Positions 1-17,516 of a DNA stretch of 64,000 nt are shown here, one piece after another (the first letter of the stretch is position 1; each line of letters opens with the position of its first letter). The stretch is taken from contig NC_081331.1 in the NCBI RefSeq assembly GCF_022539665.2, forward strand, positions 13,454,001-13,518,000, read 5' to 3'. The notes beneath the pieces were generated by a model that had not been told where the DNA came from, searched no databases, and saw only the letters and a list, made by a program, of their open reading frames with translations. This DNA is from Daphnia carinata. Its lineage: Eukaryota. The translations under genes were made by a program, and so were the position numbers.

Positions 1-3000
1 CAGGAACAGCAGCAAGTCGCCAGATAATGAATCGATATGCAAATGAACAAGCTTTTCTTTTCCTATATAAAAGCCAGCCGGGAGAAATTCACCAAACGAA
101 ATGGTATAGGAAGAAGAAAACATTCCTCGGGTTTCCAGCATTGTCGCTGCCGTCGAAACAATAATTCAACTTCTTTGTTTTCTTCCCCTCTCTTTTCTTC
201 CTCTTCACTACGAGAAAAGAAACGGAGAAGAACGAACTTGTTATCTCGGCTCTTTTCTACCGTTTTCCAACATGCGTCTCCGACTTGTCTCACCCGATTC
301 CCAGTGCATATCCAATCTGTCGGTTCGTGACGCAATCACACGTTGGCAGACGACGTGAATTTATATTTTCAGTCGCTGAGAAGAGGAGAAGGAGATTGTA
401 CGAAACGGAACAGCACCAACTACAATATAGTACTCGAGGGATTCGCCGGCATCGTTTGAAGTTTATGCAACTCTTTCTCCGTTCCCTCCTCTTTATACCG
501 AAAATCATTCCGATGTTCTGTCTCTATAGGATAGATATGCACGATCTGGAAGCTGGGAGTTGCCTCGTGCATGTTCTTCCCTCTGCTGATAATCTCATTT
601 GATTTGAATCATGTCAGCAACAAGACGATGGACTTTCAAGTAAAATTCCCCGTCATTTCGAAGCAGGAAATTTACCATTTGCGCATTGCAAATGGGATTT
701 CTCGCATATGTGCGTCTCTTTGTTCTCATTTTCTTCAGTCACCACATTCGGCCAATCGAATGATCTCATCGCCGCACATAATGGCCGCGTCCAGATGAGG
801 TTGTAAGAGCTTTTTTAGAAAAAAAAAATCTACCCCGTCTTGCAATGGTTCCCCCTCTTTTATGTTTTTTATGGTCATGAGGTATCAACACTCCCGCACG
901 TAGCAACGGGCCGTATAACGTTGGGGTCAACGGCGAAAGATCTTTCCGTTCTTTTTTTCCGGGAACAGTTTGGCAGCAAAATGGTGCCAGATAGCTGGAG
1001 CTGTGTAATGATTCTTCTCTTTTGCGTCATAAAATGTCTTCCATTTGAAATACACCATCACAGGCCACCTAGCGCTGGGCAACTGGACTGGCCGTGAAGA
1101 GAATCGTTCAACGCGACGACAACCATAACAATAATTTTTCTTAGGTGTCAAGATAATAGACAAAAACTAAAATAATTATCTGCAAAACGCTTGAGTTTTC
1201 CGCCTTCTCTTTTTAAGGAATTGATTTAACCATTTCAAACACGAATCTTTATTGTTTTGAATCGTAAAACCAGTTTGCTCTTTACATCTCTCGGTGATTG
1301 GGTGTAAGGCATCAGTAACGTTTCACGTCTTTATCAACTTTGATGCGAATGCGGTCAATCATTGCGTGAAAACAGATAAGAAAGTATCGCCTTGTTAGTG
1401 CGGACCTATAACGATATACCACCTTTTTCATCCATCGTTGGGAATATTTACTTTTCGAATAGCAAAGGTAGTATATGTGCCGCATTAGAATTTTTCGCTA
1501 ACGACAAACGAAAGGCCTTGCCTTTTTTAGACATCGTCGAAACACTTTGAATTTCAAACAGTGGTAATTAAATATTTTTTGAATAAAAGATGCTGGAGTA
1601 GCATAAAGAGCTGAGACTGAAATTTCAAGGGCAAAAATGTTGATCACGACGCTGCTTTTTAATGAAGTCCAGTGCCTGGCCCTTCTTCTATGACACTCGT
1701 CATTTATGGCAGTACTGAAGGCCACCCACCATCTTGTTTATAATACAGAATTTTGGAGTGGTGATGAAAATAATGCAAAGTCTGGAAAAAATATTGCAGA
1801 AAAAAAACCCCACCCCATAGATCTTTGTTCTTCGAAAGCTGAAGGTTGCAAGGATTTCGTTGCGAAAACCCGATTTCCGAGTAATACAATAGATAGGACA
1901 AAAATTGATTCAAATGTACAAAAGCATTATGACGTCAGAGCTCTGATTTAACCAACGCCTGTCGGTGCCAAGGGCATTGTTTTGGGACAAAAAAAGAAAT
2001 ACATTTTTATTTAATCTAGCTAGTAACGAGCTTTGTTTCAATTTAGTTGGTGTTGTCAACCGCGACAATTGAATCCTCCATTATATTTTCTCGTGAGAAA
2101 AGCCCACCCAAAATCTCTTGAATTTATTTTTTTTTTCGCTTTCTTGGGAAAGAATATAATGAGGTTAGCCAAGCTAGAGTATATCCCCTTATTACATTAT
2201 GTTTTGTGTAGTTCAAAACGGTATAAAAAGGATAGCAATTATCTTATTCAAATCCACACGGGGAGACAACCTTTGAAAGTTGGCGCCCTACTTTCAAAAA
2301 ACTGTTTTCGTCTTTTCAACTTGAAAAGATGCCATGAATTTCATTGAGCAGAAGAAGGAATTTTCTTTCCTGACCACTTATCGAAACCAGACCATATCAT
2401 GAATTCGAAAGCGCGATCAGCGCAACATTCGATCACTGAATAATAAGATGGAGCCGTAATGGCTTCCAAGAACTACCGAATCCCAACTCTTCGGTCCAAA
2501 AATAGCTATTTAATCTTAAACGACCTTGGTATTAAGTATAAACAGTCTTTATCTGCCTTTATGGAAGTCTCGTTTCCATCGAAGTGATCTGTAATTATCT
2601 ATAATAATAATTATGGTGTCAGCTTACTCGAAAATTGATTCGCTGATAATGAAGCTCTGCTGTGCTTTGCTGTGCCGAGAACTTTTAGGCTTAAGAAATG
2701 TTAACTGTAACTTCCACTTCTTTGGGATTGCTGTGAGTATCGAACATGTAAACAACTGATAATTATTGTGTTAAGGTTGCTTTGTAGGTGTGTTCGCTAA
2801 TGTTTGAGTATAGATTGAGAGTATATTGGCCGTAAGGTTTAAGCGCCAGCGCTCGTTTGGATAAGAAATTAGCCTTTGTTTCTTACGTTACGTTGCAATA
2901 AATGAATCTGTTGATTTTTAATATTAATGCTTAAAAATTCGTGTGATACTTGAATTTGGCTTCGCGCCCCAGTTGTATATTAATACCGTTAAATATTCAA

Positions 3001-3057
3001 TATCCCCGCAACGTCTGATCCGAAGCATAAACACAAAGAATTATCAAAAATAACCAT

Positions 3058-3129
3058 AGCAGAGTGGCGCAGCGGAAGCGTGCTGGGCCCATAACCCAGA
3101 GGTCCGTGGATCGAAACCACGCTCTGCTA
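3058..3129 (+). tRNA. Initiator tRNA-Met (anticodon CAT)
   Basis: 72-nt AGCAGAGTGGCGCAGCGGAAGCGTGCTGGGCCCATAACCCAGAGGTCCGTGGATCGAAACCACGCTCTGCTA. It has the A1:U72 pair, GGG/CCC anticodon stem, CAT anticodon and GATCGAAA T-loop (A54) that mark eukaryotic tRNAi-Met. Confidence 0.97.
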
Positions 3130-3138
3130 AAGCAATTC

Positions 3139-3144
3139 TTTTTT
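3139..3144 (+). terminator. RNA polymerase III oligo-T terminator of tRNAi-Met
   Basis: T6 run about 10 nt downstream of the tRNA 3' end. Confidence 0.75.
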
Positions 3145-3589
3145 CATTTTTAAAACAAATTGCTTTTGCTTTCAATAGTGAAATTCGGAATTGTCTAGTA
3201 AATAAAAATTTCGTATTTCAAACAACCAAAGGAAACACACTACATTTCTAAATTCGTTTCTATTATTTCTCTTGAATATTGAATGATTTATTTTGTCTAT
3301 CACCTATGTTGACGTCATAATCGTTCTTTTCAAAAGTTTTTAGCCGGTTGCACATTTCTGACCAAGGAGATAAGAACGAGATATCAAATTATGAAAAGGC
3401 ACAGCTAGAAAAAGAGACTGTATTTTTATCGACCCAAAACAATCACAAGGTGGCAAAATAACACTGATAAAACCATAGGGTGGCAGAGATCCAACCTTAT
3501 AATATTACGTGTTGCTATATTCATGATCACTCAAAATGATGAATAAAAGAGCGAAATTTTCACAATCAAATCCAAAGGATCTTCACAGA

Positions 3590-6948
<3,359 letters not shown>

Positions 6949-7346
6949 TTTTTAATTTTATTCAGAAACTAATTCGTAAACAATGCATTAGGAACGTCGA
7001 GTCCGTCTGAAACTGTTGATAATGAAAAACCTTGGAGGATCGTCCACAATAATGGAAAACGCAGCAGACTAAATGTGGCGCTCAGACGTAGCGGCACAAC
7101 AAGCGACCAGGAATATAATAGTTCAACTGTTGATTTTTATGAAAGTTAAAACATTTCTGAAACGGAAAAAGATCCTGATTTATGTTTCAACAAACTGGAT
7201 TTTTTAAAAGCTGAAAATAATTCAACTTTAAATATTTAATTCCCACTACATTTACCAGGTGGCGTCGCACATATCTATAAACTTGGAATTTGCATGTTTA
7301 GGCTATCGTCACCAACGACAACCGCCAGTTGCAGTCAAACACAAAC
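6949..7346. promoter_or_regulatory. Probable bidirectional promoter between DHX16 and FOP/CEP43
   Basis: Divergent start codons at 6948 (-) and 7347 (+) are only about 400 bp apart. Confidence 0.55.
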
Positions 7347-8218
7347 ATGTCAACCGAAGAAGATCCAGAACTACGAGATTTGATTGCAAAAACTCTAGAA
7401 AATAATGGAGTTCTTGGAAAGCTTCGAGTACTATAGAAATGCCTTATATTGTAAGCCATAATTCCAACGTTTTATTTTTCTTTAGGCACAGCTACGGGCA
7501 AGCACATTTTTGGCTTTAGACCAACAGGAAGACTCAAAGGTTTGGTACAAAATTTTTTTTTATTTCGTGAGTCATGTTAACTCTGTCTCATTATATCCAA
7601 AGGTCACATTCCCAAACAGTGATTCAGCTGTACAGGAATTTGTATCAACTAAGCATGGAGCTATCACTATGTCACTCATCAGAGATTTTCTCACATTATT
7701 CAACATGCAATTCACTCTAGCAGTGTTTGATCCTGAAACATGTGAAAGTGTTTCCTACAAAAGTATGTCCCGATCGGATGTAGCCTGTGATCTTGGGCTA
7801 GAAAATGTTAGTCCTGAAGTTCCACTTTTGCTTGCATTGGTAACCAATTTCATGAAAGAACGAGGTTCCAAGGCTGCTCTTGAAACAAAGTCAGGAAAAC
7901 CAACCTCTGAATTAGTAGACCATGTAAAAGACAACCTTGTGAATCTTAAAGGTAATAATCCATTCATATTATACCACAGGAGGCACATATCCATCTAATA
8001 AATGATTTCTAGTTAGTAGTGATGATTATGATGAAGATTTCCAGTCATCTTCAGAATCAACCCCAAAAAATGAAATCAAAGAGGCCAGTGTGGAGGAAGA
8101 GTTAGATGTGTCAGCCTCAGATCTTCTGGTGAGTGAAAGTTCCAATGCAGCGGACACAATAGATAAATCGACATCAAACACCTCACTCAGTGTTGCCGAC
8201 CACGTAGAGAAACTTTGA
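7347..8218 (+). CDS. FGFR1OP: FGFR1 oncogene partner / CEP43-like centrosomal LisH protein, about 229 aa, 4 exons
   Basis: Exons 7347-7427, 7486-7539, 7603-7951, 8013-8218 (690 nt). N-terminus ELRDLIAKTLENNGVLGKLRAQLRASTFLALDQQE, LisH-type LIRDFLTLFNMQFTLAVFDPE, acidic DDYDEDF and C-terminal DTIDKSTS...ADHVEKL all fit FOP. Confidence 0.88.
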
Positions 8219-8339
8219 TTTTTGCACAATTACTGAGATTTGTTCGGAAAAAGGCTGATGTGTCTTATAAAACTGTTGAGTATGTTTGTTTAAAACGGTA
8301 ACTGTATTACGGGTGATAATGTACGAAAAAGAATTGTAG

Positions 8340-8882
8340 AACGTCAACACAATTTTTTCTCGTGATTCTCAGCTGAATTTTGGTCTAGTAGTCTAGTGTA
8401 TTTAGCGAAAGTTGAGATTTCACGAAAAAAGCCAAAAGTGCGAAGGCAATAGCCTTCTTCTTTTCAAAATCTGGCAAATTGGGACGTATGGCAGAATTGG
8501 ACAAAGCTAACCCATTTGGATCAAAATTAAACGACGATTTCAAATATCAGGGCAGATTTGGATTTATCGAATTGGTTATTGAGTTATGAGTAGAACGAAG
8601 ACATCAATAAATTTGACCATTTCCATTTCAAACGCCGTACCGTCAAAACTGCCAGTCACAGTTCAAAATGAACCTGATATTCGTGATCATCTTTCAATTT
8701 TGAGTAGGAATCAAGTGTTTTTAGCTCAAGTCAGATTTTATCCACAATCGCAAAAATGAGAAGGCTATACCCTTCTCTGTTTTTCAAAATCTGGCAAATT
8801 GGGACATGTCTCAGAATTCCATAAAATTAAGCCGTTTTGATCAAAATTAAACGAGAATTTCGAATATCAGATCAGATTTTGT
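8340..8882. repeat. Palindrome-cored interspersed repeat, left block with two tandem modules
   Basis: Near-palindromes GAAGGCAATAGCCTTC (8442-8457) and GAAGGCTATACCCTTC (8760-8775), each followed by TTTTCAAAATCTGGCAAATTGGGAC...GATCAAAATTAAACGA...AATATCAG. The same module recurs at 11252-11480. Confidence 0.85.
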
Positions 8883-9098
8883 CAATGGAAAAGACAGTTT
8901 TAATAACCTGTTTTATTTAATTCTTATTATTTATAAAATTTTCGTATTTTTACGCGGTTTGGAAAGAAACTGTTTTGCAGTCGTGCTACTATTTCGTGTG
9001 TCTTCTGCTAGCTGTTAAATCGAAAGGTACCTAAATAAGAAAAGGACACAGCGAAGGATACAGAACGTCCTAATACATCATTAGATCCAAATTTGAGC

Positions 9099-10214
9099 AT
9101 GTCACAAAATCGAGTTGCCGTGGTAATATTCCTTATTAAATCACCCTATGCTCTGGGTTACGCTGATACAAATTCGTCAATTTGGGAGTATTTAGGTAAC
9201 TGGTTCAAACCAGGGAATCGGTTTCGCCACGGTTAAGGCGCTGTGCAAAGATTTCGAAGGTTCAGTCTACCTCACCTCTCGAAATGAAGAAAGCGGCCTG
9301 GCTGCTGTTGAAGAATTGAAAAAAATTGGTTTGCAGCCTAAGTACCACCAGCTAGACATCAACAATGAGTCAAGTGTGTTACGATTGCGAGACTACTTGA
9401 AGGATACATATGGGGGGCTGGATGTTCTTGTGAACAATGCAGCCATTCTTTTACCTTTTAAAGAAGGCATGTCTGGTGACATTTTTGCTGAACATGCCTC
9501 CACTGTCATGCAAACCAACTATTTTGATACTCATCGTGTTTGCAAAATTTTTTTCCCATTCTTAAGCCCCATGCAAGGGTGGTGAACCTTTCCAGCATGT
9601 TGGGTCATTTGACACAGATTCCAGGAGAAGAATCGGTGGCTGTTAACTTGCGTGCTAAGCTGGCATCTCTGGATTTAACATATGAAGAACTTGATAGCCT
9701 AATGCATAATTTTGTGGAGTAAGCTATGCCACACATACTATAATTATGCGATTCAAGTCTATTGTATTGATTGTACAATTTAATCACTATTCATTGTTTT
9801 CTATGAAATAGTGCAGCACAAAAGGGAGAACATGTCAAATATGGTTGGCCTGCAGCTGGTTACTACACAACTTACATCGTATCCAAAATAGGCGTTAGCG
9901 CTTTAACGCGCATCCAGCATAGGGACTTTGAACGTGATTCGCGCGAGGACATTGTTATCAACCACGTACACCCAGGATATGTTTCTACCCAAATGTCAGA
10001 ATACAAAGGAGTTCTTACTCCAGAGAAAGGTATGATAGATAATCCCAATATGAAAAACAAAATTTTGCTCAATCTTGACTATCATCTAGGTGCGGTTGCT
10101 CCTTCTTGGCTTGCGCTTCTGCCACCGAATGTGCAAGAACCAAAAGGAGCTTTTGTTTGGTGTGATAAGACAATTGTTGACTGGGTGAAAGGGCCAATGC
10201 CACCTCTAGACTGA
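9099..10214 (+). CDS. Carbonyl reductase [NADPH] CBR1-like SDR with a 1-nt frameshift near 9548-9557 (pseudogene, null allele or assembly error)
   Basis: Exons 9099-9122, 9196-9718, 9812-10029, 10090-10214. Motifs VAVVTGSNQGIG, YGGLDVLVNNAA, RVVNLSS, YIVSK and HPGYVST. Spliced length is 890 nt, one base short of an intact frame, and the break lies in a T7 run. Confidence 0.9.
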
Positions 10215-10446
10215 TAACTGAAGTTGCAAATCTTCATCGCCATGTCCATACTGTTCTTCCACGATATTTTCGTGAAGAGGACGTCTTCGCGTACACTGGC
10301 AAGATGAATTCTGGCACATTTCCATTTTTTCCGTTCTAAACATGTTATTCCGTGTGGTGCAATACAGTTGGTTGAGGTTCTGAAAGAAATTATTTTATCG
10401 CAAGTTTTGGTTGTTTTCTGATCCCCTGTGGTATATGTCATCATAC

Positions 10447-10590
10447 GGCAGATTTTGAGAAAAATGAGAAGGGTATAGCCTTCCCACTTTTTTCATTTTT
10501 CGCAAAAATTTAGATCTAGTAAAATTTACAAAATATAGACTGGTATTCAAACGGTAATAACAGCGCATGATTCTGTTTTGACGTAGAATT
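10447..10590. repeat. Inverted copy of the palindrome-cored repeat
   Basis: GCAGATTTTGAGAAAAATGAGAAGGGTATAGCCTTCCCACTTTT (core 10468-10483) is a reverse-complement match to 8750-8795. Weaker inverted similarity to 8340-8475 continues to about 10590. Confidence 0.7.
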
Positions 10591-11117
10591 CGAATTTCCT
10601 AAAATAAACGTAAAAAAAAAAAAAATTTACAGTCTAGCGCGCCAATACGCATCAGCACTAAAGTGGTTCAGTACAAATATTCGGTACATTTCCAAAACGG
10701 TTGATTTAATGAAAAGAAATACAATATTCTCGAAATTAGCATTCAATTCTTAGGATATGCTGTGATTTCCAAAAAACTCCAATGAATGTCAGTTCGTGCA
10801 GATTGTCGAGGGAAAATTCCCACGGTAATTCCCATAGGAAAACACATCTTTTCCATTTTTAAATTTAACCAGCGCTAGACCTCCCACCCCCAGCTAGAAC
10901 CAGCTAAATAAGACCGACAAAAAAAAAATAAGCCCGACTTTTCTACATATATTTTATTTTAACAAAATCTTTAGTTTAGCAATGAAAATAAGCTGTTTAC
11001 ATTCAAAAGAAACGAAAATCACGAAAATAACTTTGTACTTTTCATGAAATCAGGAATTTCTGAAAAAGGGCCCCAGAAATTGAAAACGTCATATTCATTG
11101 AGGCCACTATTTTTTTT

Positions 11118-11480
11118 CATAAATTAATAACCGATTTGATTGCACGAAATCTAACTTAATATTCGAATTCCTCGTTCAATTTCGATCAAAATGGCTCAGT
11201 TTCGTTTGATTCTGAGACATGTCCCAAATTCTTAAAAATTTGAAAAACAGCAAAGGCTATAGCCTTCCCACTTTTGCAAAATCTGCCAAATTGGGACATG
11301 TCTCAGAATTGGACAAAATTAAGCCATTTTGATCAAAATTAAACGAGGATTTCGAATATCAGGTCAGATTTAGCTTAATCGAATTGGTTTTTGAGTTAGG
11401 AGTACAATGAAGACATCAATGTATTCGACTATTCGGTCTTACCGTCAAACATACCTGTTAAAGGTCAAAATGAACCTATT
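11118..11480. repeat. Fold-back inverted repeat with arms of about 135 bp centred on AAGGCTATAGCCTT, plus a right-arm extension
   Basis: 11118-11251 is the reverse complement of 11268-11400 (shared TTGGGACATGTCTCAGAAT, AGCCATTTTGATC, AACGAGGA.TTCGAATAT). The right arm continues in direct similarity to 8459-8680. Confidence 0.85.
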
Positions 11481-11859
11481 TTAAGAAACTTTTTATGCCC
11501 AATGTGTAGTCCGAAATGCTCGAACTTTGGTCTAGTTTATTACCCATAAAACTTTTCTATGCCTAAATCTTCAGTCATGACCTATTTGTCATTGAACGAG
11601 TATAATGATCCAAGTTAGTTACAAATCATTGTTGCAGCCAGGAACGCTTAGCAGCATGTTTACTGCCTTTTTTTTATTTTCGCCCCCGCATACAATAAAA
11701 CTTTACAATTGGGCAACCCTATCGGTTAAGATAATTGTGTAATTATAGAAAAATATTACCTTCAAAAAAGAAGTATCATGGAATGATGAAAATGCACCAA
11801 AAAATGTAATATCAAATTTGAAAATAATGATCTTGATACTGTACACAGCCCTGAGCTTG

Positions 11860-12679
<820 letters not shown>

Positions 12680-15600
12680 GATCCTTGTTAGTGACGAGAA
12701 CCAAATTGGATTCTTATAAGAAACTATTGACAATAAAAATGCTTCATTGAACTTTTACTTCAATTTTAAATTGCGCCAATTATGTCTGTTGAACAAAGAA
12801 GATTGTTTCCAGTGAAGGAACTGGAACTGGGACGTGAATGTCAAAATGCCATGTTTGTTTACCGTAGTCGGCTGACTTCGAATGATGCCCTTTCTCACTC
12901 GAAGGGTTCTGTAGAGGCGATTAATCATCTCTTGTCATCATGAAACGCCCAAGAGAATGTTAAAAGAACGCACAAGAAACATAGAAATGAAACAAAGAGA
13001 AAACATACGAATATCCTACCCTTTAGTTTCTTCTACCAAAAGGAGAAGAGTGCTGAAGGGCAGAGGCTGGGGGGCGTAAGTTCTTGTTAGCGTGTCTGCG
13101 CTTATTATTATTGTTGCGCCCTGTCAATTTGAACGGACGAAGGGGAAACTTGTTTACATAAGCTTGGGCTAGATAACAAGCTGACTAGTCTGTGTGCGGG
13201 CGCTTCTTGAGAAGAGAATGGATATGGCCCTCGAGAGATGACCTTCCAGCACATTTACTGTGGCCAGAGAGATCTGTTCACAAGCCCATCATTTGTTTTT
13301 TGTTGGTTTTTCCACGGTGGTTCTTTGAAGCGAAAACAACAAACGACTGAAGGAAATAATCCGGTACATATCCGAAACACTGTAGCACAACCTTTCGCTT
13401 ATTGGCCGCAGGTGTTAGCCAGGCGATTCATTTGCAACCATGGGCATACATGGTGCGTTAAAAGTTGTAGTTTTTCAAACGATTTTTTTTTACTTGGAAT
13501 GAAACTTTCGTGAGTTGAGGTTTCATTAAGCCAGAAATCAATAACGCTGGGTAAAATCCACGAATCAAAATGATTTTAGTATAGCAGTAGGTAAGTCGTG
13601 TAGTAAGAACAACTGTTGGTAAAAAGTCACGTAAACAAACAACTAATGAAATGAAATGTGTTTAATTTTATGTTTAAAAAAATACTAATTCGGTTGATGT
13701 GCTCGTATTTCTTTCGACTATAGAGCACAGACACGCCATACTTCCATAAATGGAAGGTGTTAACGAAAATGAAACATGGGCAACCCTATAAATGGCGTGG
13801 TAAGCACCAAAGGCGAGAATCTTTTGCATCTCGACACGTCATGCAATAGGCATCACTGTTCATTTTCTAAAAATTTATTCTAAACCTTCTTTACATTAAC
13901 GTGAACTATGCAGATGGGTGCTATTTGAACGAGGTGCCTTTCTTATTTAATCACATCACTCTCATTTGAAATCAATGCCAACAAGTAGATAATAATGCAT
14001 AGAGCAGCAAGTATCCAAAGTAGTAACCAGGACTTTAATCACACATGGCCTGCAGACATGCGTGTGTGAAATACGCCAGAGGTTTTTAATATATAGTGCA
14101 TTGCATATGAGGAACATCCGTAAGCAAAATGAGGACGAAAGGGCAAATGACTCAGCAATTTGCCTTGAAAAATTAAACCCGCTCGTTCTTCTCGTCGAAA
14201 GCGACGGCACAATAATTGGACGATCCATAAGTACATTAATAGAAGGACGAGGCATGGTGAACTGACGTAACGAGACAGCGGGACTAGGTCGCATCCGGAG
14301 CGTCCAATGAAAGCCAATTAATACTTATCCTCAATTTTCATGTTTCAAATTGATTTTATTTCCAAACGAACGTTTCAAATTGGTATAAAAATATAAATTT
14401 AATGAACAATTACATCTAAACATCGTGTCTATTATAGACAAAGCTGGTAAAACCAAACGTCTTACTGTAACTCATTTATTTTTTACGATCGTCATGTTAG
14501 CATCTATATTAACTGCCCTTAAAAAAATGCAGATATGGACGCGCAATATTTCAATGACGTCAAACGGCGTATATGATGGATGGCCAGTAAACGATACTAA
14601 ATAAAGTGCAGGACTGATGCGCACCCAAGAATGCGAACACGGGAAAAAGGATGCTGCTCGAGAATTTAAAGTGATACCCTTATATTGTATCGCGGAAAAA
14701 ACGACGGTTGGCCAATGCAGCTAGAAAAAAAAAAAAAGGTTGACAAGAAATAGGATGCTGACATTGTCATAAATATTGGATGACGCAAGATGGAAGCTGA
14801 AGACTGAAGAAAAACCTAGGCTTTTCGTCATCACGCGGGATGAATAACTTATCAGCACAGCGTCGTGTTCTATTGTAATTTTTGAATATTTTGTTTTTGT
14901 TTGCCTAATTCTCCGCTTCACCCATGTCCTATATTGATGTCATTTCACATTCAAATTTAACACCACACAAAACCAAAAAGTCTTCAGAGGGATTAAATAG
15001 CGTGGTGCTATTATACCGACATACACGGACATTTATTTTTTAACCAACAGAAAAACAAAACAAAAATTCAAAAAACATGTACGGAGCTGATGGGAAAAAC
15101 AGCTGCGTTCATAACAATTTTGGCGAGTTAGTCACGTACATAAAGTCGCGTTTTTCTCAACATCACACCAAATTGATCGAATACCTAGTCTCTCGTACAT
15201 GTAACAGCACTCGTTTATCTTCGTGGCTGTCGTCTCTAAAACGTAGACGTCAATTCATTCTCTGTTGCCTGCATACCGACGTCTTTTTCCTCCTCATCGC
15301 AACATTGAATTAACCACAGCGGTCGCCGTGTGTATACGTGTTTCGCCTTTCTTTTCAACCTTATATCGTGTCCTCTCGGGAATGTTCTACAACACACAAA
15401 GCAGACAACTCACGAAATAAAGAAATGAAACAAACAAAACAAAAAAAACAAAAAAAAAAAAAGCCGCAACAGACAAAGTTCCGTGATAAATAGATCCTAA
15501 GTCGACAAGATGGACGTCTATGTGTGGCATCTCCGTCATATAAAAGTAAAAATGCTAGACAGAATTTTGTTTTTTTCTATAGGCACATCTCTAGAGGTTA

Positions 15601-17516
15601 TCACTGCATACGAGGCTTTTCATTTATAATTCTTGCGTGTATTTATATGGCTATAAATGCATAACGTACTTTGTGTTACGTATAGACTGTTTTTTTTTTT
15701 ATTTATTTGTTTGGCTTCGTCACTGCGACCGGCTTCACTCTTAATCTGCGTCATGGTTTAGTCCATCTCTACACATGCAATATTCATGTTTGCACACTCT
15801 GTGTGTCTAGACTAAATGTAGACAGCAGCGTTATCCTTTGATCTTTATTCTCATCCACATTTTTCGTGAGCGTTCGAAACTGAAAAAAAGCACGCTACTA
15901 TAGTTAGTGAACACGTTGCGAAGATTGTCACGATGAAAAGCTGATGAGACACAAGAAGATTCGTGACCTTTTTTTTTTTCAGGACGCATCTCTTTTTTGT
16001 TGTTGTTGTTTTGGGAATGCACTTTCAAGCTGCCGCTCTTGGCAATGATACCGCCATTAAGAATCAGATTCCCTGATGACCTGTGTAACGTACATTTATG
16101 CATGTACATACATAAGAGCTGAAAGAGAGGGGGAAAAAAGTAAGTAAGCATCCGGATGTAGCAGCAGCTCACACAAATCGAATCCGTCACGCCATCTTTG
16201 CTTGGTTCTATTTTCCTAACAACAGTCGGATGGAGCGAAACCAAGAGCTTTGTGACATTGAGTTGACCTTAAGACGACAGTTCCGCTGGAGCACAAAAAA
16301 AAAGGGCGAAAGTTAAAAGAGAAAACCATGGAAAGTCGAGAGCAAGAAAACGAGAATACATTTGACGCAGACAATTTGCAACAACAATGAATAACAGAGT
16401 AAGACGACGTGTGTGCGCTCCACACTTTTGAAAATTGTGCAACATAAAGAACGAAGCGGGAGGCCAGCACTCTGATAAGCGACTGTACACACCACATTAT
16501 ACAAAGACCTTGTGAACGTTTCTCTTCTTATTTCAAAAAAAAGAAGAGAGAAAGAATGATAGTTATATGTGCGGTTTATCTCCCGTCTGCGAGGAGTCTG
16601 CCATCATCGACACGGCGCGCCATTCAAACTTCTTTTCTTCTTGCACTGTAACCATCATTTTATTACACCGAGGGCTTTCATTCTTTTTTGTTATTATAGA
16701 TGCTCTCTCTATGTTTGTATAGGTTTCTTTTTTTTTTTTACGACCGAGGCGTAAACACACATAAATAATGATATAATATTAGAGATATATATATGTAGAC
16801 CGCAGTTGTTGGGTTCATACTCGTGTTGGTTCCTCACCGTTATATGGCAGTCTAGCAATGGGGGTCATAATATCTCAAGGGGTTCTATATGCTCCTGCTG
16901 CGTGAGCGTGTCTATATGTGTCGGACACAAAGTCGATTCGAAAAAAAACCAAACCAAACCAGGGGTGTGTCACTGGGCTTCTGCTCTCTCGCTGCTTTGT
17001 ATATAAGCACACAAAAAAGCTCTCGAGTGTTAAGAAGTCTTTGGTACGACGGGGACATCCGATTGGATGGAAAACAAAGAATAGCATTCGGTGAAATAAC
17101 GCTTTAGGCTTCGTGCTGTTTTTTTTAGAAGATGACGGTGATATGTATCGCACGGAACGATGAGACGGGCTAATCAGACTTTAGTAAGAAACACGGAGAA
17201 CACAAAAATAAGTAATCCGTTATGCAAGTGGAATAGCATCACAGCGCATTATGAAAGAAACATCAATAGAAAAATTTTTGCTCTTTAAGAGCGACACCAT
17301 CACTTGTTTTTTTTCTCTCCCAACTTCAAAGAGAGAACAAGTTTTACACGCACAAAAAGAGAAAGTGTACGACGACGCCACTTGAACCTTCAAAAGTCAT
17401 GTAGATCCTCCATTGCCCGCATTGAACACGAAAAAAAAAAATGGGGAAGAAAAAAAAAACTGTGCTATAATATATAATGAAAGAGAAAAATTGTATTATT
17501 CATAAGCATATATGTA

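Noticed and set aside
1..2700. Short ORFs and possible decayed coding sequence at the window start
   Set aside because: No recognisable domain, frequent stops and no consistent exon chain.
7540..7602. In-frame stop-free introns (FOP intron 2, 63 nt; reductase intron 3 at 10030-10089, 60 nt) as regulated retention events
   Set aside because: Expected by chance for introns of about 60 nt; no supporting evidence in the sequence.
10632..10880. 9-bp inverted pair GTCTAGCGC / GCGCTAGAC as MITE termini
   Set aside because: Too short, with no target-site duplication; could be chance.
8340..11480. CRISPR-like interpretation of the repeated palindromes
   Set aside because: Eukaryotic context, irregular spacing, long shared flanks instead of unique spacers and no cas genes.
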